Below are positions 56,996 through 64,000 of a DNA stretch of 64,000 nt, in pieces (the stretch's first letter is position 1; every line of letters starts with the position of its first letter). A model generated the notes under the pieces. It did not search any database and was not told the origin of the DNA. It saw only the letters and a program-made list of their open reading frames with translations. Where the stretch lies: contig OZ024757.1 in assembly GCA_964016885.1 (NCBI GenBank), positions 28,768,001 to 28,832,000 of the forward strand. The letters run 5' to 3'. Source of the DNA: Eledone cirrhosa (Eukaryota). Made by a program: the position numbers and the translations under genes.

Positions 56996-57505
56996 CAAAT
57001 GTTTTATGCAAACACAGCATCTTTCTTAATGTTATTCTTATATATAGGAGACCCGGTAAAAAGGCTCCCAGTTCACAATGTAAATGTGGTTGGTGTGAGA
57101 AAGGGCATCCAGCCATAGAAAACCTGCCAGAAATAGGTCTGTATGGTCTCCCGACCAATCTCACTTCAAATAGGACAAAACGCTCCAACCCATGCTAGCG
57201 TGGAAGATGGCGTTAAACGATGATGATGATATATATATATATATAATAATAGAACACTGGAGGGTTATATCCGTAGTGGTAGAGCACTCAGTCCATGGGA
57301 CGAGTTTGGTAGTAGTAGAAGTAGTTCCACAACAGTTAGTTCACCATACCGAGAATTACTTCTAAATATATATATATACACACACATACAAATATAACAT
57401 ATTAAATGTGTTAGAATTATGTGCTTCTCAATAAACAAGCTTAATAGACATTATCCAGAGCAATAATAAGTCAAATGTAGAAGATATATATATATACATA
57501 TATAC

Positions 57506-58899
57506 AGAAAGGATATTAGCACAACTAATTAGAGAAAGGGTCAAACTAGATGAGATGCAGCTTGGTTTTGTGCCTGGCAAGAGTACAACAGATGCCCTCT
57601 TCTTGGTGAGGCAATTACAAGAAAGGTTCTTAGAGAAAAATAAGCCACTATACTTAGCCTTTGTTGACCTAGAGAAGGCCTTTGATAGGGTACCCCGATC
57701 TGTCATCTGGTGGTCCCTAAGGAAACTAGGTGTTGAGGAATGGCTTGTGAGGATAGTGCAACCTTTGTACAGAGGTACTCTCAGTAAAATCAGGGTAGGA
57801 ATGGAGTTTAGTGAGGAATTCCAGATACAAGTAGGAGTACATCAGGGTTCGGTCCTCAGCCCGCTCTTGTTCATTATAGTCCTCCAAGCCATAACAGAGG
57901 AGTCTAAGACTAGCTGCCCATGGGAACTTCTCTATACTGACGATCTGGTTCTTATAGCAGAATCAGTAGAGGAGCTAGAGAATAAATTCTGGCTATGGAA
58001 ACAGCAGTTGGAAGCAAGAGGACTGAGAGTGAACCTAGTTAAGACAAAAGTGTTGATGAGAAGAAAAGAGGACAAAACTCTGATTCCGTCAGGGAAATGG
58101 TCATGTTCGATATGCAGAAAAGGAACTGGCATAAATTCTATAAAATCCACACAATGCAGATCCTGGGTACACAAGAGATGTAGCAGGATAGCAGGCAAAC
58201 TAACAGGTAGGGAGAAATATGTATGCAGTAGATGTACAGGGAAATTAGACAGTAGAAGTCGCATTGATAGACACATTTTTCAAATGCAGGCGGGTGCTAT
58301 AGAAGTGGTGGATAGCTTCCGGTACCTAGGAGAGGGGTGTTCCGAGGCCATAGTATCTAGAATAAGGACGGGTTGGAAGAAGTTTAGGGAGCTGCTTCCT
58401 CTGCTGATGAAGAAGGGTTTCTCCCTGCGTACGAAAGGCCGGTTATATGATGCCTGTGTGAGGAGCGCGATGTTGCATGGTAGTGAGACATGGGCAGCAA
58501 CTGAAGAGGATATGCGACGGCTGGAGAGAAATGAGGCACGCATGCTCCGTTGGATGTGCAGTGTCAATGTGCGTGAACAACCCAGCATGAATGTGTTGAG
58601 AGAGAAACTGTGTCTGAGAGGGATAGAATGTAGTGTACGGGAGAGGAGACTGAAGTGGTATGGACATGTGATGCGCATGGAGGATGACCGATGGGTGAAG
58701 AAGTGCCAAGAAATGCCAGTTGAAGGAAGACGTGGTAGAGGTAGACCACGAAAAACATGGGCGGAGATGGTGAGAACAGACCTCAGATCGCTGAAGCTCA
58801 CGGTGGAGATGACAAAGGACCGTGACAAGTGGAGAGATGCTGTGCTGAATAAGACCCGTCCCACCCTTGCAAGCAGGTAAGAGCGGACGTAAAATGATG

Positions 58900-58901
<2 letters not shown>
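57506..58901 (+). mobile_element. 5'-truncated RTE-clade LINE
   Basis: Open frame from about 57506 (ERILAQLIR...) to the stop at 58880; tail ...cggacgtaaaatgatga. Confidence 0.95.
57555..58880 (+). CDS. LINE reverse transcriptase (partial) with Cys/His finger insert
   Basis: FVDLEKAFDRV, GVHQGSVLSPLLF, LLYTDDL, FRYLG; CxxC...WVHKRC...CxxC; RRLKWYGHV; no APE domain. Confidence 0.92.
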   Translation: MQLGFVPGKSTTDALFLVRQLQERFLEKNKPLYLAFVDLEKAFDRVPRSVIWWSLRKLGVEEWLVRIVQPLYRGTLSKIRVGMEFSEEFQIQVGVHQGSVLSPLLFIIVLQAITEESKTSCPWELLYTDDLVLIAESVEELENKFWLWKQQLEARGLRVNLVKTKVLMRRKEDKTLIPSGKWSCSICRKGTGINSIKSTQCRSWVHKRCSRIAGKLTGREKYVCSRCTGKLDSRSRIDRHIFQMQAGAIEVVDSFRYLGEGCSEAIVSRIRTGWKKFRELLPLLMKKGFSLRTKGRLYDACVRSAMLHGSETWAATEEDMRRLERNEARMLRWMCSVNVREQPSMNVLREKLCLRGIECSVRERRLKWYGHVMRMEDDRWVKKCQEMPVEGRRGRGRPRKTWAEMVRTDLRSLKLTVEMTKDRDKWRDAVLNKTRPTLASR

Positions 58902-58935
<34 letters not shown>

Positions 58936-60274
58936 TACCATATATCCAGAGAAAACACAGTATATTGTATATATACTAAATACATATTACAGAGAATATG
59001 AACTCAAGATGGAATAGATAGAGAACCTATAGCATATATATATATATTGTTATAAAATGAAGGGATGATTTAATAGCCTTGCCCCTCACCCCAAATTTCT
59101 GGCCTTGTGCATATAGTAGAAATCACATATATATATATTACTTTGAATCAGATTCTTATCCATATGATTCAAGAAGTTTGACTTGTATACTTATAGTATT
59201 ACATGACCTTATTATAATAATTGTTCTAAAACCTTAATTTTTAACAATATTATCAGTAACTTATTTATTGTATTATATTATGTTATATATAAATGATAGG
59301 AATCAACTTAGTCTTTAGACAACTTAATCTTTGTTTATATTTAGACAAATGCATATATCTAATTTAATAATAAACTTTTTTAAGTTTAATTATAAGGCCT
59401 TTTGATGCTTTAAGGTATTCTAATTGTTAATCTGAATTTTTTTAAATTATAACTAATTATTTTATAAATTATATAATGCAAATTATTTTCAATATAATAT
59501 AAATAATTAAATATATTATAATAAAATTATTAAGATTTACCTTCGAGAGGATGTAAAATAGCATGTCTTCTCTCTCATGTTTGCAAAGTTTAAATATGAA
59601 TTCATAAAATATGATTTTATAAATTAAATATGATAGTATATTTTAATATTAATACAGGTATTTATAAACTTTTATAGCCTGAAATATTATACACTTTAAT
59701 TAATTCATTACTCTGAACTAACTTAAATGATTTGAAAGTTAACGGTCAACCGGATACGTTTGGATAGTATATATAGCTAATTAACTAAGGAAATTAACCT
59801 TTATTGATTACACCCAGTTATATTTAGGATTTAGATTGATGAATATTGCTAGATAATTCAATAATTCAATGATTCGAGTTTACTCTATCGCATAGCTATG
59901 CCCAAATGTATAGTTATGTATTAATATATATAATTCATCCCTTCCTATAATTATTCCTCTTGTCTCCCTTTCCTTGATCAATTCTCTTCTGCTCTCTATA
60001 CCTCTTCCAGCTATATTTTCCCCTCATCTCTTTTCTCTGTCTTTTTTTTCTTTCCTCTTTCTTCAATAATTATTTGAATCTCTAACCGTTATGTAAATTA
60101 CTGTTATGTATTTTTAAGCTTTCTTACACGCACCATCTGTATTACATGTATTATATGTAAGTTTTTTCATGTATCAATCTTAAGGTATATAAATATTGAG
60201 TTTTGTCATATCTTACTCACTACCATGACTGGATCTTAACCATCTACTATGTCAGGGTATGTCATGCATCATCT

Positions 60275-60341
60275 TATTTTATCTGATGAGGACGTACTGT
60301 TGAAGTTAGCTCAGTACCTCTGAAATATGTATAATAAAATA
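60275..60341 (+). ncRNA. Minimal type I hammerhead ribozyme
   Basis: tattttat CTGATGA ggacgtactg-ttgaagttagct-cagtacctct GAAA tatgt ATA ataaaata. Confidence 0.82.
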
Positions 60342-60506
60342 TACTTGATCACAAGAAGTTCTATTTTTGTTAATATTTTGAATTAATATTAATAACTCCG
60401 GAAAACCATTTCTGTTGAGTGCTTCCAATCTATTGTAAAACTAATTCTTTGATTTATTCATTGAACCTTGTTTAACCTTGAGAGAGAGAGAGAGAGAGAG
60501 AGAGAG

Positions 60507-60712
60507 TCGATCGACTTTCGTCAAATAAGACCGAGGAAACAACATTTCCATTGGTCTTTCCAATTCTAATACTATCTATCGGTCGCAACTCCAGGTAAAA
60601 GGAGCAATGTGAAATAAAGTGTCTTGCTCAAGGACATAACGCATCGCCTGGTTCAGGAATCGAACTTACAACCTCACGATTGTGAATCTAATTCTCTAAC
60701 CACTCAGCCACG
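60507..60712 (-). mobile_element. SINE family C2 copy
   Basis: Matches 19630-19851. Confidence 0.82.
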
Positions 60713-60973
60713 AACTATCCTAATGACTCTGCAAAGTAATAAAAGCACAGTGAACCTTCTTGAAACAATACTGGGTGGGCTGATCATTGTCGCCGATTGT
60801 TCGAATTAAACAATGGTAGGGGTTAATATTATAGATATATGATATTTGTATGCAAACAGGGTTTATTTTAATAACATTTTAGAACAACACAGGATCTTTA
60901 AAGCAGGTGCCATGATCCACTGTTTGAGAAGTATTTGTAATGGCTATGTTAACGTTTTATCAGTGTCTTAACG

Positions 60974-61149
60974 CAGACCTGCCAACCTCTAAAAACCCAA
61001 ACGGAGAGAACCATGAAAAAAAGTGCCTCAAAATGTGGAGATTTTACATAATGAAAGCTATACCCATTTTCACAAGAGAAGACATCTCTCACCCACCCCC
61101 AAAGTGGGTGGGAGATCTCCCTGTCGGACGGGGAGAATTGATAGATCTG
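60974..61149. mobile_element. Non-autonomous TIR element (cagacctgccaac ends)
   Basis: Left end shared with 62241; degenerate right TIR ttgatagatctg. Confidence 0.6.
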
Positions 61150-61197
61150 TTTAATGTCTTTTAAGCATCATTTACCATCTAAGCGCCGCATGTAGTA

Positions 61198-61810
61198 TCT
61201 ATACTATAAAGGTGACGGCCGTATGTAGGTAACAAACTTTCTGCCAAACGGCTGGACCAAACAGCACCAAATTTGCACCATAGATGTAACTTTTTCCAAG
61301 TAAAAAAGTGAGGGTATTTTTGTCTACTGAATTTTGTTAAAAGATTAAAGACATTATTTAAATATTCACTTCTTTAAAATTTCAAATGTCAACACAATCC
61401 GAACGTAACATATGATGTCGTTTTCAATGAGGTGCTCATTTGTCTTGAAAACAGTGTCCTGGAGATTGCTGGTAGGCCTCTAAGTCACTACAGCTTACCT
61501 GCTCCTGACAGGAGTGTCCAGAGGTCAACGTCTACAGAGCTTCTTCGCGAGATGAGCTACGAAATCAGTGATTCTCCCATGGTCAATTGTATGTAGGATG
61601 CTCTAGGGTTAGCTCGCCAAACAATCTCTTCATCTTTGCTCCGGAGGGCCGAACAAAAAAATATTGTATACTCTGAGGCTCTAACAATGTAATTTAAATA
61701 TTTTCTGTTACTTGGAATTTCCATTATGGTTGTACAAATTATTGTTTGTTAAAAAATGTGTTCTCTGTTCAGCCTTTATTGTTGTAACTATCAATTTTCT
61801 TTAACGTACT
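61198..61810 (+). mobile_element. Internally deleted Helitron
   Basis: 5' TCtatactataaag; RepHel linker-like FNEVLICLEN..GRPLSHYSLPAPDR..ELLREMSY fused to the PIF1 C-terminus FSHGQLYVGCSRV...TKNIVYSEAL (+1 slip); 3' end uncertain. Confidence 0.82.
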
Positions 61811-61882
61811 GGCTGCTGAACTGGGGAATCCTAAAAACTGTTCAAACCCAACATCAGAGCACGTTAAGCGGTTAGGACAAGA

Positions 61883-62140
61883 GCCACAGCTTCCGCAGCC
61901 GAGCGGAGTAAGACCCTCAAATACTCTGATCGGTCGGGCAGCTATATTTTTCAGCCTGTGGCTTTCGAGACGTTTGGGGGAGTCGGGCCGCTGACTGCGA
62001 GGTTCCTCTCTTCACTGGCGGCTCGCCTAATAGAGGTAACTCGCAAATCACGCGAGGGCACTTGGCTGTTTCAGCGCATCAGCCTCGCCAAACCCTGAGG
62101 TAACGCTGCGAGTATGCTGGCTTGCCTCAAAAATCATTAG
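61883..62140 (+). mobile_element. CRE-type non-LTR retrotransposon C-terminal (restriction-like endonuclease) fragment
   Basis: ASAAERSKTLKY..YIFQPVAFETFGGVG...WLFQRISLAKP*GNAASML. Confidence 0.8.
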
Positions 62141-62240
62141 AGAGGTTGCCCAGTACTCCTCGCAACGTTGCTGTCTTTTGCTCTGGTGTTGGCTCCGTTG
62201 TTCACCCCTTCCTAGTGTTAGGGTTAATATTAGTGTTGGG

Positions 62241-62309
62241 CAGACCTGCCAACCTCTAAAAACCCAAACAGGGAGGACCATGAAATAAAAATGAGAGTTG
62301 ACAGGTCTG
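62241..62309. mobile_element. 69-bp hAT-like MITE
   Basis: TIR cagacctgccaac / gttgacaggtctg; 8-bp flanks gtgttggg / gcgttagg. Confidence 0.7.
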
Positions 62310-63127
62310 GCGTTAGGGTTAGGGTTAGTCTATTTGGAGTTCTAATTCGTCAACAACATGCAAAAAAAAAAAAAAAAAAAAACTATTTCCCACCAGATGC
62401 GAGAGGGGTGTAGATAGATCTACGAAACTCCAAGGGGCTTTTCTCCCTCCTTTATCTACAAAGCTAGTCATTTCCGACTGGTTTGGAGATAGAAAAACTC
62501 TGTGCCCCTCCAAGAAAAAAAAGTCCCTTGCGGCGAGTTCGGATGTCAGATTAGTTGATAGCAAACGAAAACAAAATATGAGGAAAAACATTTCTCAGTC
62601 AAATCGAGAAGGGTGTTCTATAAATTTACCTAAAATACGATAATTAAAAATATATACACTGTATATACAATAAATACATTATTTTTTTTAAGTACAGACA
62701 ATGCTGTAAACATTATATATGTATATGAAACAAATATTTTTTTTTAATGAAATTAAATAATATGTGCTTTCTTTTTTTTTTAAGTCAACGTAAATTGTAC
62801 TTACCTGTGGTTGATGAATATCATGTGGTGGAGATGGTAGTTGGGCGTGATCATTTGTGACTACATTTTATTAAATTTATTATATTCGATTGATCATTGT
62901 CTTCCAATCTCGTCCATCGCCAGGCTTTCATGCTCGAGGATTTTCAGAACATTCTGGTTCAGCATTTTAAATCGTAATAATTCTAAGCTGGTGTTTCGCA
63001 GTAAGCATATCACCGTAAAGGGTTGTTTTTCTTCTAAATTTGAAGGGCACACCATTAAAAGGTAAGAGAGCGGGCCAGTGCCATAGAGTGTGCCCCTTTT
63101 AATGATCCAATGGTGGATGGTGGTAAC

Positions 63128-63309
63128 CAGTGCCGGATTTAGGACAAACGAGACCCTGTGCTAGTTAAGTTATGAAGGGCCCTTACTTACATTTGAAAAT
63201 TCATCATAAACATTTTTTTTTTTTTTTTTTTTTGCTGTAAGATGGGTACCCCTGACCAACGGGGCCCCATGCTTAAGTACAGCTAAGCACAATGGTAAAT
63301 CTGGCGCTG
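63128..63309. mobile_element. hAT-type MITE with perfect 8-bp TSD
   Basis: TIR cagtgccggattt / aaatctggcgctg; TSD gtggtaac on both sides. Confidence 0.9.
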
Positions 63310-63711
63310 GTGGTAACTGATGAGGGACTGTGTCAACAACAACAGGTGGGTCATCAATTGACAGCCACAAATCAAATGGGTGCACTGAATTTGATGCAGC
63401 AGTGAGTTGCATCTTGCACCGAAAGTATACTGAATGCAACACAACAATAGTTTAAGGAATATTTTCATAATTTTCTCATATACAATACAACCCTACATTT
63501 TATTATTTAAAGTGTTAGTATATAAAAACTAAAAGGTTAATAAAATAGATTGTAAATTTAACTTACCTTACTCCACTGTGCGGTGGAGGTGGAAATAGAA
63601 GACGGGATAATTTGTGATGGTTCTTTGTTTTCTACCTGTGGTGAGAGAGTCATCAACAGGTGAATCATTAATTGGGACGATAGGATTTGAAGACAACGGT
63701 TAAGACATAGT

Positions 63712-63851
63712 AGATTGGCAATATCGGTAGAGGGTCAGACACCATGCTTTGCAGAATAGAGTTACGGCCCTTTATGATCTAAGTTCAAATCCCGCCGAGG
63801 TTAACTTTGCCTTTCATCCTTACGGGGGCGATAAAATATAGTACCAGTAAT
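63712..63851 (+). mobile_element. SINE family M, 3'-truncated
   Basis: Head and central domain match the family. Confidence 0.8.
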
Positions 63852-63894
63852 GTAATATGTAATGTTATTTATACAACTGTAAATAATAAAATAT

Positions 63895-64000
63895 AATTGT
63901 TTCTACTTTTGGCACAAGGCCAGCAATTACCCAGTGCATTACTGGTATTTTATTTTATCGACCCCGTAAGGATGAAAGGCAAATTAACCTCGGCGGGATT
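63895..64000 (-). mobile_element. SINE family M (runs off the window)
   Basis: Tail and central domain match the family. Confidence 0.85.

Noticed and set aside
57932-58985. Minus-strand ORFs
   Set aside because: Antisense shadows of the RTE ORF

Overview
Repeat-dense, AT-rich eukaryotic intergenic or intronic DNA; no host protein-coding gene is confidently detectable. The SINE, LINE and MITE repertoire and the microsatellite load suggest a coleoid cephalopod (Octopus-like) genome, which is an inference. Almost all ORFs in the track are microsatellite artefacts. Recognisable elements: RTE-clade LINE fragments (one 441-aa RT-containing ORF), CR1 and CRE-type LINE ends, a DD37D (maT) Tc1/mariner element, mariner halves, an internally deleted Helitron, piggyBac-, hAT- and Tc1-type MITEs, several tRNA-derived SINE families and minisatellites. 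The main signal read from the sequence is about nine type I hammerhead-ribozyme motifs (CUGANGA...GAAA...NUH, two with decayed cores) plus several half-motifs. They sit in short non-coding modules resembling Penelope pseudo-LTRs or retrozymes next to microsatellites, and several are truncated or folded back at the ribozyme. All calls are by eye; no database search or folding software was run.
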